Source: Squalus acanthias (taxonomy: Eukaryota). Taken from it: DNA of 64,000 bases. The notes beneath the pieces are model-generated. The model was not told where the DNA came from. It was given only the letters and a program-made list of their open reading frames with translations, and did not search any database. Every line of letters starts with the position of its first letter. Positions within the stretch are counted from its first letter, which is position 1. Positions 1 through 13,269 of the stretch are shown piece by piece. The stretch spans positions 56,174,001 through 56,238,000 of the forward strand of contig CM059432.1 in assembly GCA_030390025.1 (NCBI GenBank), given 5' to 3'. Made by a program: the position numbers and the translations under genes.

Positions 1-2165
1 CTGCCATGTTCTCGCCCACTCACTGAGCCTGTCGAGATCCCCTTGAAGCCTCTTCACATCCTCTTCACAACTGACACTGCCACCTAGCTTTGTATCATCA
101 GCAAATTTGGAAATGTTACATTTAGTCCGCTCATCCAAATCATTGATATAGATTGTGAATAGCTGGGGCCCAAGCACCGATCCTTGCTGTACCCCACTAG
201 TCACAGCCTGCCATCCTGAAAAAGACCCGTTTATCCCTACTCTTTGTTTTCTGTCTGTTAACCAATTCTCAATCCATGCTAGTATATTACCCCCAATTCC
301 ATGTGCCCTAATCCTGTTCACCAACCTCTTGTGTGGGACCTTATCGAAGGCCTTCTGAAAATCCAGATACACCACATCTACCAGTTCCCCCCTGTCTACT
401 CCACTAGTTACATCCTCAAAGAACTCCAATAGGTTTGTCAAACAGGATTTCCCTTTCATAAATCCATGTTGACTCTGCCCAATCTTACTATTAGTTTCTA
501 AGGGGGAAAAATTCAGTTGGTTGCGCCTCCCGTTAGCGCCTTAAGAGGGCGCTAATGGGGCGCAAAGCATCGAGCGCCCAGGCGCAGCGAAGCTTGCGCC
601 CAGGCGCAGCGAAGCTTGCGCCGCTCGCGAAATTAACTAGACATTTTGCGGCGGCGCTAAACACTACCGCCACGATCTCCTGCGCCGGCAGATCATGACG
701 TCACTCGAGTGCGCAACGCCCCGGTATCGCCCCGGAGTGGATATTGAGTGGCGCCCCCTGCCTTACCGCCTGACGCTAGCAACGACAGGTTGAGGGGAGC
801 GTTCTGCAGTCATGAAGGGAAAGGGGGAGCGCTATTTAAAGGTGACCGCTTCCTGCCTTTTATTGTTGGTGCCATTTTTGAACTACGCATTCTGAGAGAG
901 AGAGGGAGAGACTTCTGGAGAGATTCAACGTTGTGTGAAGTAGTTTTGGGTACTGAGCAGCACTTTGCAGGTTCATTTTGATTTGCCATTCCTTGTATCG
1001 ATTTAGCAGAGACTGTGGGGGCTGCACTCTGAGCTCTTGGCCTGGTACTCTCCATTGTTCTTTCCAGCACATTTGATGTGCAAGTCTCTCCAGGCTGAGA
1101 TTCAAGGCTGCAATGAGCAGGATGTGGATGGAAAGCAAGATTAACCATCCCCTTTAAGAACTGGCCCGTGCCATTGTGTGTGTGTTCCATTGCTGACTGA
1201 CATTACATGAGCTTCGCCAGCGCTCTGAGGTAGCGCCTCGCTCCTCGGCCTTTGCGCCTTAAGACAGGTGTGAAGCGCCTGATATAGCGCTGCAATCACC
1301 TCCAGGGGCGATAAAAGTCAAGTTTGCAGTCGGTGGCGATAATTAGCGCCAGGCGCTAATCTTTGCGCCCGGCCGATAATTGCGCCCCAAATGGGGCGAT
1401 ACTGAATTTCTCCCCCTAAGTGTCCAGTTATTGCATCCTCTATAATAGATTCCAGCATTTTCCCAACTACTGATGTGAGGCTAACAGGTCTGTAGTTCCC
1501 CGTTTTCTCTCTCCCTCCTTTCTTAAATAGCGGGGTTACATTTGCTATCCTCCAAGCTGCAGGAACCGTTCCAGAATCTATCGAATTTTGGAAGATGACA
1601 ACCAATGCGTCCACTATCCCAATGGCCACCTCTTTCAAAACCCTAGGATGTAGGTCATCCGGTCCTTGGGATTTATCGACTTTTAGTCCCATTAAATTTG
1701 CTAGTACTGGTTTGTTTACTAATAATAATTTCTTTAAGTTCCTTATTCTCGCCACACCCTTGGTTTTCTCGTATTTCTGGGAGGTTTTTTGTGTCTTCCT
1801 CCATGAAGACAGAAACAAAGTATTTATTTAATTTCTCAGCCATTTCCTCATTCCCCATTATAAATTCTCCCGTCTCTGACTGTAAAGGACCTACGTTTAC
1901 CTTTGCCAGTCTTTTCCTTTTCACATACCTAGAGAAGCTTTTACAATCCGTTTTTATATTTTTCGTTAGTTTGTGCTCATATTCCATTTTCCCTTTCTAT
2001 ATCAACTTCTTGGTCCCCCTTTGCTGATTTCTAAAAAGATCCCAATCCTCAGGCTGACCGCTTTTTCTGGCAACTTTAGAAGCTTCCTGCTTTGACTTAA
2101 TACTAGCTTTAATTTCTTTTGTTAGCCATGGTTGGATCACTTTTCCTTTTGGGTTTTTATGCCCT
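1..2165 (-). mobile_element. CR1 LINE ORF2 fragment (RT region), interrupted by a MITE at 502-1416
   Basis: ORFs 1318..1818 and 1673..1987 give KSQGPDDLHPRVLKE and WRIANVTPLFKKG...NYRPVSLTSVVGK. Confidence 0.9.
502..1416. mobile_element. Non-autonomous DNA transposon (MITE family A, PIF/Harbinger-like), copy 1
   Basis: TIRs GGGGGAAAAATTCAGT / ACTGAATTTCTCCCCC (15/16); 3-bp TSD TAA at 499-501 and 1417-1419. Removing it restores the CR1 sequence. A near-identical copy lies at 47143. Confidence 0.9.
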
Positions 2166-2174
2166 AGATGATGA

Positions 2175-3800
2175 CAACCACTTGCAATTCAAAAGCACGT
2201 TTATTGTAATAAAAGGCCCAACATGCTTCACAGAGGCTAGGGAAATGGATGCTGTGTCAGGAGTAGAGATTAGAATGGGTGACAAAAAGCTCAATTAAAA
2301 TGATGGGTTTTAAGGAAAGGTTGAGAGAGAGAGGCAGATTGGTTTATAGATGGAGTTCCAGACTAAAACTTAGCAGGCTGAAGGATCTGCCATCAAAGGT
2401 GAGGCAAAAAGTGGAGTTGGGGCAGGAGAGGCACAAAAGGCCACAATCGGAAGGAACGGAGTGTGCAGAAAGGGATATATGGTTGGAGGAGATTGCAGCG
2501 ATGGGGTGGAGTGAGGCTGAGGAGAGAGTTGTAGATGAGGATGAGGATTTTAAATTTAATGCATTGGGGGAACAGAGAGCCAATGTAGATCAGCGAGATG
2601 GGGACAACAGGCAAGTTGGACCAAGTGCAGGAAAGGATACAGATGGCAGAGTTTGGAACATTGGAGTTTAGGGAGGTTGAAGCATGGAAGGCTAGCAAGG
2701 AGAGAATTATAGTTGAGACTGGAAGTGACAAAAGCATGGATAGGATTTCAGCAGCAGAGGGGCTGAGGTCAGCAATATTGCAGATGTAAATAACAACAGA
2801 ATTTCAACATTTAAATAAAAGCAGCATGTTTCTTTGCAGCAATTCTGCTTTTAAAATGGAACAAAATATTTGAAGGTTTGACAAAAGTGCATGACCTATA
2901 AACCCATAGTGCAAAGATGAGGTAAATTGGGAAGTAATATTGGCTCCAAGCTTGGTTTTTAAAAGCATGAAGATTGCACAAGGAAAGAACTGAGGGCGGT
3001 AAGGAGATCCACAGTTTTATTTATTCAACAAAAAAAAATGGAGTTATTGATTAGGATGCTGTGCAATGTGCCTTGAATTCAAAAGACTAAAGATTTACAA
3101 AAAAGAATTGGTAGGTAGGGTGGGGTATTTTGAGCTTAGAAAGAAGAAAAGGAAATTCGGAGTTTGATTGGCCTCAGATCAATAAAACGAAGAGCGATAA
3201 GAAAGTTTGTAATGGAGAGAGGCTATAGGCTAGAAGTTGCCTATCAGATGACAACCTTTTTCTTGTATCCTGTTTAAGGCTGAAAGAGAAGCATTAAAAG
3301 TGCCACCTCAAATATGATCAGTGTTCAAACTTTAGGTTTAAAGAGAATAAAGAGCTGTTAGGTGGAAAACTGCTTGACAGAGAGAAACCTGAGCTTCTTA
3401 GTGGCATCTGTGACAATGGAGAAGTGAGAGTCTCATTTGAAGTCACAGCAAATGGCAAGGCCAGGAATGTCAATAAAGAAAGAACCAAGAGTGGAGCCAT
3501 TGAAGGTAAAAGTTGGTGACTGTTGGTTGAACTTGCAAGAGATGAAGAGACTTCCTTTGCATTTTAAAACAATAATTGCACAGAAGAATGAAAGTTGTAC
3601 ACACTGAGCATTTGTGATCTGAAGGAAGTTGAAGAGTAATAGAATCAAAAGCAAAAAGGTTGAGTTATCGTTGAGGTCAATAGTAAGAAGAAACAAGAGA
3701 TAACAAAGCGCTGGTAACTCTGGAAAACTCAGACTGAGCCATAAACTATTGCACAGATGGAGCAAGTGGGGGAGGAAATTGAATAGACATGATCATAGTT
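2175..3800 (-). mobile_element. Decayed L2-like LINE remnants
   Basis: Purine-rich degenerate sequence with an L2-type 3' end near 2175; no intact ORF. Confidence 0.4.
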
Positions 3801-3967
3801 TTGTTGGGAGACGATATAATGACCTTAATTCTAACTCTTTTCTTGTATGCAGTTTTCTGAGGTGTGTAGACAGATGGCCAACATACAAAATCTATTCTAC
3901 CTCACAGTCACTACATCAAAGGTTTATGAATTGAAATGGAAATTTCTTCACGATTCTAATTTCTTAC

Positions 3968-4063
3968 CTGATTTTTCTGATAAAGGAAACAATCTAGCCA
4001 AGAATAACTGAATTCTTCCACAGAAAACAGTGTTCTGTGACTTGGAAAGTCTTCGTAGGAGAT
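3968..4063 (-). CDS. THOC1: THOC1 coding exon 7 (DLLRRLSKSQNTVFCGRIQLFLARLFPLSEKSG); gene continues beyond the window's left edge
   Basis: Acceptor tttgcag, 96 nt, donor GTAAGA; hallmark THOC1/Hpr1 segment, visible inside ORF 3948..4136. Confidence 0.98.
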
Positions 4064-4722
4064 CTGCAAAATTATTCACAGTTATTGAAAAACATACAGA
4101 CAGGGTATTACAACACCAAAACATGCTGGAACTCAATGTACAACATTATGGCATAGTGGTATGAAGTCATGCACCCACAACTCCATAATCTGAGATGTTT
4201 AGCATGGTGTTACAGAAAAGCATCAAGTGGAGGGAGAGTAGTTACAAAGATGGCCTTCCACACCTCGAGAACAGCAGAGGTACAGAAGCAGGTTGCCCTT
4301 CCATCATCTCAAGCATAGTTACTGAAATGCCCCAAGAAACTGAGGGGGGGGGGGGTGCGGGGTGCTGCTGAAGGAAAGGAAAGAAGTTTGAGAAAGCGCA
4401 CGTACTTTACCTTAACGCAAATTAATTAATTTAACTCAAGATAAAGAAAAAAAAGACTCAAATGGAGAGAATGTGCAATGGAATGGGTTGGAAATACTTC
4501 CACGTTTGTCTGAATCAATGGCACAAAATTGTCTACAAATCAGCATTAACTGGCAAAGTTCAGAGTGTCCCTTAATTGTGCCAGGTGCCAAAAATTGGAA
4601 ACACCATATTGGAGTAACAGGGGATCAAGGCACATTATTAAGGCAGAAAGGATTCTTGCAATATGCATCTAACCCATGCTACTACTGACCTGTGAGTACT
4701 TGATGCAGACACTAGTATGTTT

Positions 4723-4789
4723 GGGGGGGGGGGGTGGGGGGGGGGGGGGGGGGGGGGGGGAGGGGGATGGGGGGGGGGGGAGAGAGGGG
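4723..4789 (+). repeat. Long poly-G tract in THOC1 intron 6
   Basis: About 60 nt that are almost entirely G. Confidence 0.9.
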
Positions 4790-6569
4790 AATCTGTTCCA
4801 GTAGTATGGACCAGTTTAATTATACCTATATCAGAATAGGATGCTTCAGTATAGTTGCCAGGGGTACAATTGCGTGGTTGAGTCAACTGCTTTATTTTTG
4901 CTTTGGTTACTTCATTGACGAGAATTACATTTGAAAACAGGAGAGTTTGCATAAAAACGAGCACAAATATAATACACTGGACCCAAGAACTTGGACTCAA
5001 AAATACATTATATAAAGTAACATGTTGTAGAAAGGGTACAAAGGATTCATAAGCAATACATTGTAATTGTGTCATAGTGAAGCCAAAATAAATCTGATCT
5101 TAACTGACCCAACATCCCGAAGGAGGCCATATAGATAGTAAGAGGCCCATGGGGGAGAATGAGGAAGGAAGTAAATTAATGGGAGAAGTAAACAAAGTTT
5201 CTGAATTTAGGTATCCTTAGTCAATTCAAATTTATGCCATAATTACTAACTTTGGAGGTGCAGGATTAAGGATCATTCACTGGCCAAGTTTACAAACAAA
5301 CACTTCCAATGATGTGGTTAATGGATGGTGGCTCCCCATGGTGCAAGAAATTTGAAATGGCTGACTTTTATGCCTAAGTCCTGCTGCTGAGTTTCACTCA
5401 GTCGATACTGCCTCTGTGTTCTACACACTCTTGGACTCCAAAGCACGCCATCGATCATTGAATACTGAAATGATCCAGAGAGTGTTTAGGATGGGCTGTT
5501 TTATAAAAAGACTAAATGATCTTCAAAACAATTTTGGGTGCCTGCTTGAGAGTGTAGAGATGTAATGCATTAACTTAAAAATCACCTGAAGTTAAGTAGC
5601 TAGGTAGCTTTACCCACCAAGCAGGGGAACAGACAAAGTGATCAGCTGGCTGACGATGAGCAGAGAGTGAGGTAAAGGCAACCATCTCAGAGTGAGGGTG
5701 CACTACATACGTGATGCAATAAACAAATAAGACATACACTGCCTAATGACTATCCTCCTTAAGAACAGTAGGTAAGTCAGGTCTTTTGGCAGTCAAGTTT
5801 GCTCCAGGACGGTAAAAGGAGATTGGAAAAAAGTGCAACAAAATAGAGATTTCTGTTTTATATTTTATATAACTTTATATAGATGGGATAAATTTTTTTT
5901 AAACTCTTCAGCTAGTAACATCTCAAAACCTATTGTTAGACTGGCACTGCTTTAGTTCAGGGCCAAGAGCTGGCTCCCTTATCCCAGCAGCAGATGTACA
6001 CACTCAGGTTTTTGTGAATTTACGAGACCGTGGAAACACTCCAATTTCACATAAACCTTTTCCTCACAGCTATGTGTCCAAAGATATGAGAAATATTAAA
6101 AGTTGTAATATTTTTTAACTCAATTTAAAATACCAGAAACTAATTAAATATTTTATTTATTCGAGTGAAATATGCTAGGTTTCCTCTTACTTCTGCTGAA
6201 TGTTACTTTTTAAATAAACCTGATTCATGGTTTATTGCCTGATATATACATTCTGTTAGTGTTATTTGTTCACAGTCAGAGAGGCCAGGAGAGTACAATG
6301 GACTTTATACTATTTCCAGTGAATTTTCAGCAGCATAAAGGATTTATTGTTTACCATGGGCATACTACACTATTAGATACTTTCCACATAAGGTAGAAGT
6401 TATCATTCATGCTAGGCACAAGAAAAAGTATGTGGACAGTGCTTAAATTGCAACAGTCTATTACTGCACCTCTGCTATTTGTGTCTTATCACTTCTGTAT
6501 GGTCTTGTAAAAAAATCTGACTGCTAGTTTTAGCCTGAATTAATGGTCTGACAACCTTTCAGAACAGAC

Positions 6570-7202
6570 AAGAGAACATAAGAAATAGGAGCAGGAGTAG
6601 GCCAATCGGCCCCTCGAGCCTGCTCCGCCATTCAATAAGATCATGGCTGATCTGATCCTAACCTCAAATCTAAAGAACACAAGAAGTAGGAGCAGGACCC
6701 GGCCACTCAGCCCCTGGGCCCACTCCGCCACCCACAGGGCCTCGACCGATCCGAACTCAGCCTCATGTCCAATTTCCTGCCCGCTCCCCGTAACCCCTAA
6801 TTCCCTTTACTTCTAGGAAACTGTCTATTTCTGTTTTAAATTTATTTAATGATGTAGCTTCCACAGCTTCCTGGGGCTGCAAATTCCACAGACCTACTAC
6901 CCTCTGAGTGAAGAAGTTTCTCCTCATCTCAGTTTTGAAAGAGCAGCCCCTTATTCTAAGATTATGCCCCCTAGTTCTAGTTTCACCCATCCTTGGGAAC
7001 ATCCTTACCGCATCCACCCGATCAAGCCCCTTCACAATCTTATTATGTTTCAATAAGATCGCCTCTCATTCTTCTGAACTCCAATGAGTAGAGTCCCAAT
7101 CTACTCAACCTCTCCTCATATGTCCACCCCCTCATCCCCGGGATTAACCGAGTGAACCTTCTTTGTACTGCCTCGAGAGCAAGTATGTCTTTTCTTAAGT
7201 AT
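6570..7202 (-). mobile_element. CR1 3' fragment with a doubled 3' UTR
   Basis: ORF 6763..7053 (RTRGHNLRI...RRNFFTQRVV) and two successive terminal stem-loop/tail units. Confidence 0.85.
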
Positions 7203-7231
7203 GTGATCAACATCTCACTTACTGTCTAATG

Positions 7232-7940
7232 CAGGGGTTGTCGGCCCCCTAGGGGTCCGCGAGAGGGTTTCAGGGGGTCCTGAAGCCGATAGATTTCAGC
7301 AAGAGTGTTGACTCACACTGTAGTATAGTTGCAAGGGTGCTGGCTGACCTTTGATGCCTAACCCCATTTATTCTTCACCTGCGAGCCTATAACTTGAGTG
7401 TTAGCAGCCTTGCTTTACCAATGTTGGCCTCCAGCTAGGATTTCAACCATCCAGGATTGTCCTGGGCTCGCTAGGAATAAAACATTGATCTGGACACTGC
7501 TGCAAGCAATTTGGGAGAAAAATCATATGGGCCTTAAATTTTTTTATTTTATTTTCATTTGTACATTTTTGTTTATTAGTTATGAAAATATTGGAGATGG
7601 GGGGAAAAAGGATGTTTGACAATCAAGCAGAGAACCGGGACCGGCTGATGTGCTGGGAACAGTCGGTGACGGGAGTCGGGGTTGATGGGGAAAGAGGAAA
7701 ACTGGGGGGGTCAGATGATTGGGGCTCATGTGGAGGGAAAGAGGGAGTGGATGGGCTTGGGACTAGTATTTTCAGTGCCTGGATAGCAGCAGCAGAATAG
7801 TGAGTGGAAGCGGTGCTGAGAGAATTTTTATACAAAAAAAAATACTGTGTTCTGTTATAGAGGGTCCACGGAATTTTTAGAACACGGAAGGGGGGGGGGG
7901 GGGGAGGGGGCTTCAGAAGCAAAACAGTTGAGAACCGTTG
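7232..7940. mobile_element. hAT/Charlie-like non-autonomous DNA transposon
   Basis: Ends CAGGGGTTG... / ...GTTGAGAACCGTTG; 8-bp TSD GTCTAATG / GTCTAGTG (7/8), fitting the NTCTAGAN-type target. Confidence 0.7.
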
Positions 7941-8230
7941 GTCTAGTGCAATGTACCGTAGTTAAAAAGTAATTGCTAGTCTTGAGGCATGTTATCCCAT
8001 TCTCACATGTATTAAGGTGCAGGCTTGGTTTGGTTTATAGGTGACTGGTGTATTTATGAAAACTGCCTTTCTGCACAAGGACAAAGTAATTTGAAAAATA
8101 AGAGTTTTTAAAGAAAGCCTGAAGAGCAATACCGACGTGATCCTATTTATACATATATTTGACTGTGAACAATTTATAAAAGTCTAGACCAGTTGATTTA
8201 TATTCACTTACCTGATTTATACCCACTTAC

Positions 8231-8279
8231 CATTGCACATTCTTAATAAGTAGTTTTTCCCAGCAGAGTAAAATGATGC
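8231..8279 (-). CDS. THOC1: THOC1 coding exon 6 (ASFYSAGKNYLLRMCN)
   Basis: Acceptor cttttag, 49 nt, donor GTAAGT; FYSAGKNYLLRMCN is a THOC1 segment. Confidence 0.97.
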
Positions 8280-9719
8280 CTAAAAGCAAAACACAATTGT
8301 TACCACAACCAGCTTATCTCTCAGTCTATTGAAAGTGTGCTTCCCTCTGACTTTTATTCCCCCCAACACATATTTCTTTCCTCTGGTCTTCTTTGGATCC
8401 AAACGTGCAGGTGTGTTACATTTTCCCAGGCTCCTGCCTTTGTTGTTCTTTAGCCAACCACAGGGAGGATTCAAAAGAAGTCCAGTAGCTATGCCTCTTT
8501 ATTTATCCTCTTTATAGGAAAACTCATGGCCTCCACTTAGTGCCTTCATTACAACTGTGACTACACTTCAAAAGCAATTAAATGGCTGTGAAACGCTTTA
8601 GGACATCCTGAGGATGTGAAAGGCACTGTATAAATGCAGCTTAATTTCTTCTTTCTTTTTTCTCACAGCAATTTAGTTGATACTGGTAATTTAACAGAAT
8701 TGGGGAAATTAAGGAGAGAGGGAGTACTTAAAGAATACTTGATGGCAAACTGTTGAAAACGTAACTTATCCCATGGGTAATGGGAAATAATTGTGAATTC
8801 AACAATTTACCAGTATTAGATTTGTGCCATAAGTACAATATAAAAATTAGAAGTTCAAATTTACTTAGTTATGGCTATAAGCAGTTTTAGTTCAAATATA
8901 ATGAACTTTTACACAATCGCAATTAACAATGCTCTGCGACTGGCTAATAGCAGCCAGAGTGAGTCTCAGATCGTGTGGTGATCTCCCCCTTCTTCCTCTA
9001 AAATCTCCCAGAACAGAATACACGTTGGTTAACTGTAATTAAAAAGGCCACTGACCTTCTATCACATGGTTAGCTAGGAAACCCAAGTCATTCAGGATAC
9101 TTTTCCCAATCAATTTCAACACACTGAAATGCTCTTAAAAATAACAATGACTGTGAAAACCTCCTCCTCCCTTCAAATTTGTGCTTTTTGCTCCTATCTT
9201 GGTTGTACTGGCTTTTGTTGCCAGGTCCAGAACAGTTTTACTGACCCAGAAGTTCTTTTCTAAGCAGTGGATCCCAGAACAGACTGCATAATATCACAAC
9301 TGTCATAATACACATTACATGATGTATTTCAGGGGTGTACAATCAGAAATGCAACTGGCTCCTAGTTCCACTACAACCAAATCTTTAAAAAAAGATAGGA
9401 ACCAGCATGTTGTGTGTATTTTTAATCCTATTTTGTTATGGTCCTAACTTAAATTTAGTGATTCATCTGCTTCCAAGAGGCTGGATTTTATCCAATTTTG
9501 CAGCTATTATGATTCAACAAGTACTATATAACTGGATTATGAGAGCATTGATTGTGTCTGCAGTTATTTAAGATTGCATAGTTGTTCCATATGTTTGATA
9601 ACATGATTCTGCAAATTTATTTGCTGATTAAAAATGCTTGATCACAGAATACATAACCAATTATACTCTAACAATGGAATTCTCTCAATAAATATTATGG
9701 TGCAAATCATATAAAAGAT

Positions 9720-12380
9720 AAACATAAGAACATAAATAGGAGCAGGAGTAGGCCATTTGGCCCCTCGAGCCTGCTCCGCCATTCAATAAGATCATGGCTG
9801 ATCTGGTCTTGGCCTCAACTCCACTTTCCTGCCCGCTCCCCATAACCCTTGACTCCCTTATCGTTCAAAAATCTGTCTATCTCCATCTTAAATATATTAA
9901 TTGACCCAGCCTCCACAGCTCGCTGGGGTAGAGAATTCCAAAGATTCACGACCCTCAGAGAAGAAATTCCTCCTCATCTCCGTTTTAATTGGGCGACCCC
10001 TTATTCTGAAACTATGCCCCCTAGTTCTAGATTCCCCCACGAGGGGAAACATCCTCTCTGCATCTACCCTGTCAAGCCCCCTCAGAATCTTATACGTTTC
10101 AATAAGATCTCCTCTCATTCTTCTAAACTCCAATGAGTATAGGCTCAACCTTTCTTCATAAGACAACCCCTTCATCTCAGGAATTAACCTAGTGAACCTT
10201 CTCTGAACTGCTGCCAATGCAATATCTCTCCTTAAATAAGGAGACCAAAACTGTACGCAGTACTCCAGGTGTGGTCTAACCAATGCCCTGTACAGTTGTA
10301 GCAAGACTTAATACTTTTATACCCCATCTCCCATGTAATAAAGGCCAACATTCCATTTGCCTTCCCAATTACTTGCTGTACCTGCATGCTAACTTTGTGT
10401 TTCATGTTCAAGGACCCATAGATTCCTCTGTACTGTAGCATTTTGTAGTCTCTCTCCATTTAAATAATAATTTGCTTTGTTATTTTTCCCACCAAAGTGG
10501 ATAACCTCACATTTTCCTGCTTTCTGTCTTCCTCCTTTCTTGAATAGGGGTGTTACATTTGCGGTTTTCAAATCTGCTGAGACCTCTCCAGAATCCAGGG
10601 AATTTTGGTAGATTACAACCAATGCATCCACTATCTCTGCAGCCACTTCTTTTAAGACCCTAGGATGCAGGCCATCAGGTCCAGGGGACTTGTCCACCTT
10701 TAGTCCCATAAGTTTGCCTAGTACTTTTTCTCTAGTGATGGTGATTGTTTTAAGTTCCCCCCTCCCTATAGCCCCTTGATTATTTATTATTACTGGCATG
10801 CTTTTAGTGCCTTCTACCGTGAAGACCGATACAAAATATTTGTTCAAAGTCTCTGCCATTTCCCTCTTTCCCATTATTAGTTTCCCAGTCTCATCCTCTA
10901 AGGGACCAACGTTTACTTTAGTTACTCTCTTCCTTTTTATATACCTGTAGAAGCTCTTACTGTCTGTTTTTATATTTCTTGCTAGTTTACTCTCATAATC
11001 TATCTTCTCTCTATTATTTTTTTAGTCGTCCTTTGCTGGTTTCTAAAAATTTCCCAATCCTCTGGCGTACCACTAATCTTCGCATCGTTGTATGCCTTTG
11101 TTTTCAATTTGATACCATCCTTAACTTCCTTAGTTAGCCACGGATGGTTCATTCTTCTCTTAGAGTCTTTCTTTCTCACTGGAATATATCTTTGCTGAGA
11201 GTTATGAAACAACTGCTTAAATGTCTGCCACTGCTTATCTAATCACATCTTACCCTTTAATCTATTTTCCCAGTCCAGTTTAGCCAACTCTGTCTTCATA
11301 CCTTTGTAATTGCCTTTATTTAAGTTCAGGACACTAGTTTGAGGCCCCAGTTTCTCACCCTCAAGCTGAATTTGAAATTCTAACATGCTATGATTACTCT
11401 TCCTTAGAGGATCCTTTACTATGAGATCATTAATTCATCCTATCTCATTACACATTACCAGATCTAAAATAGCCTGCTCCCTGGTTGTTTCCACAACGTA
11501 TTGTTCTAAGAAATCATCCCGAATAAACTCTATGAACTCTTCCTCAATGCTACCTTTGCCAATTTGATTTGTCCAATCTATGAAGATTAAAATCGCCCAT
11601 GATTATTGCAGTACCTTTCTTACAAGCCTCCATTATTTCTTGATTTATACTCTGTCCTACAGTGTAGCTACTGTTAGGGGGCCTATAGACTACTCCCACC
11701 AGTGACTTCTTTTCCTTATTATTTCTTATCTCCACCCAAACTGATTCTACATCTTGATCTTCTGAGCCAGTATCATTTCTCACTACTGCACTGATCTCAT
11801 CCTTTATTAACAGAGCTACCCCACCACCTTTCCCTTTCTGCCTATCCTTCCAAAATGTCAAATACCCCATAATATTCAGTTCCCAGCCTTGGTCACCTTG
11901 CAACCACGTCTCTATAATGGCTATCAGATCATACCCATTTATTTCTATTTGTGCAGTCAACTCATCTATCTTGTTACGAATGCTGCGTGCATTCAGATAA
12001 AGAGCTCTTAATTTTGTCTTTTTACCATTTTTCCCTACTCTGACTCTACTTTCTGATGCACTCTTATGTTTATACACTCTGTCCCTTCCTGTCACACTCT
12101 GGTTATCATTACCCCCATCGCTACCCTGCATTGTTGCTTTCTCCTTCCTCTTTGACTTTTTAAATTTCCCCTCACCTGAACCCTCCCCCGCACTATTTAG
12201 CTTAAAGCCCTATCTACAGCCCTAGTTATTCGATTCGCCAGGACACTGGTCCCAGCATGGTTCAAATGAAGCCCATCCCAACGGAACAACTCCCTCTTTC
12301 CCCAGTACTGGTGCCAGTGCCCCATGAATCGAAACCCATTTCTCCCACACCAATCTTTGAGCCATGCATTCATCTCTCTG
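9720..12380 (-). mobile_element. CR1 LINE, internally deleted (end of ORF1, EN, RT parts, 3' tail)
   Basis: ORF 11550..12131 is APE-like (YLNARSIRNK...ETWL...MGDFN); RT and C-terminal fragments at 9897-11212; CR1 tail at ~9720. Confidence 0.92.
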
Positions 12381-12775
12381 AAAAGCTCCCCAATGGCTCA
12401 ATGGGCAAATATACCTTCTAATGTGCTAATGAGCCATACATGAGTTAGCCAATTTCAGCAGGGACAGCAGTGTAGGTACAATTTATCTTAATGTCCCTGT
12501 GTTAACAATGGTAAAAGCAGCCAGAGTTCCCATTTTCAATACTGTCCATTTTTCCATATTGTAAAGTGTGGACATCACAGGAGGGTAGATGAGGATTAAA
12601 CTCAGTTGTGGTGCCCTTGGAAACCAAAACTCTGCAACATTCACCTTCTAGACTCACGTGTAAGGAATGGCCACCTTGCTGAGGTACCAGATAACTGCCA
12701 GTGCCCATGGAAATGTACCCAACATATTCACAATCTTTAGGACTGGATGGAAAAAAACTGAGAATGGGGACAATG
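12381..12775 (+). mobile_element. Old interspersed SINE-like repeat
   Basis: Colinear similarity to the reverse complement of 58975-59235 plus 57185-57310. Confidence 0.55.
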
Positions 12776-13150
12776 GGAAGTCTTTGACATGATCTTTTAC
12801 TGCTAACAGCAAACTATTTTATTTATAATTAGCATAGGGGTTTCAGTGTAATATATGTGTACTGCATTTCTTTAAACAACTCCCCCCATCTTTTGGGATT
12901 CTATTCCCATCATTAACCAAGGCATGAAAGCAAGCAATCTACTCTCAGGCCTCTACTGGTCTGAAATTTAAAGATTCCCAACGTACTAACAATGTAAATT
13001 TTATTTTCACTCATTAAAAAATGACCGAGAAATTAAACTTTGTTAAGTTGTCTGTTTCTCAGGAACAAGTGAATAAAAATAAATTGTTTGTCAATTATTT
13101 CATCTGAACTGTTTTTGCTGAACAATTATTCTATTTCAAGCATTACTTAC

Positions 13151-13269
13151 AGACTTCCAAGTTCCAACATTTTTTTCCACAAAAGTGAATATTCTGTCGC
13201 ACTGGTCAAGAGGAAGGCAATCGAGAACATCACCAAGCAGTATAAAGGGTGTTGTCGCAGAGCAGATAC
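13151..13269 (-). CDS. THOC1: THOC1 coding exon 5 (ICSATTPFILLGDVLDCLPLDQCDRIFTFVEKNVGTWKS)
   Basis: Acceptor gtgtag, 119 nt, donor GTAAGT; near-identical to the vertebrate THOC1 segment LLGDVLDCLPLDQCD. Confidence 0.97.

Noticed and set aside
810..1190. 126-aa ORF inside MITE A, also present as 101 aa at 47502..47807
   Set aside because: No recognisable domain, and the frame differs between copies because of a GA-repeat indel, so it is probably incidental.
2165..3960. Search for THOC1 exon 8 (LNLQSQFN...)
   Set aside because: No matching segment was found; the exon presumably lies beyond the left edge of the window.
4638..5075. 145-aa proline-rich ORF
   Set aside because: The proline run is simply the translated poly-G tract; it is intronic with no exon support.
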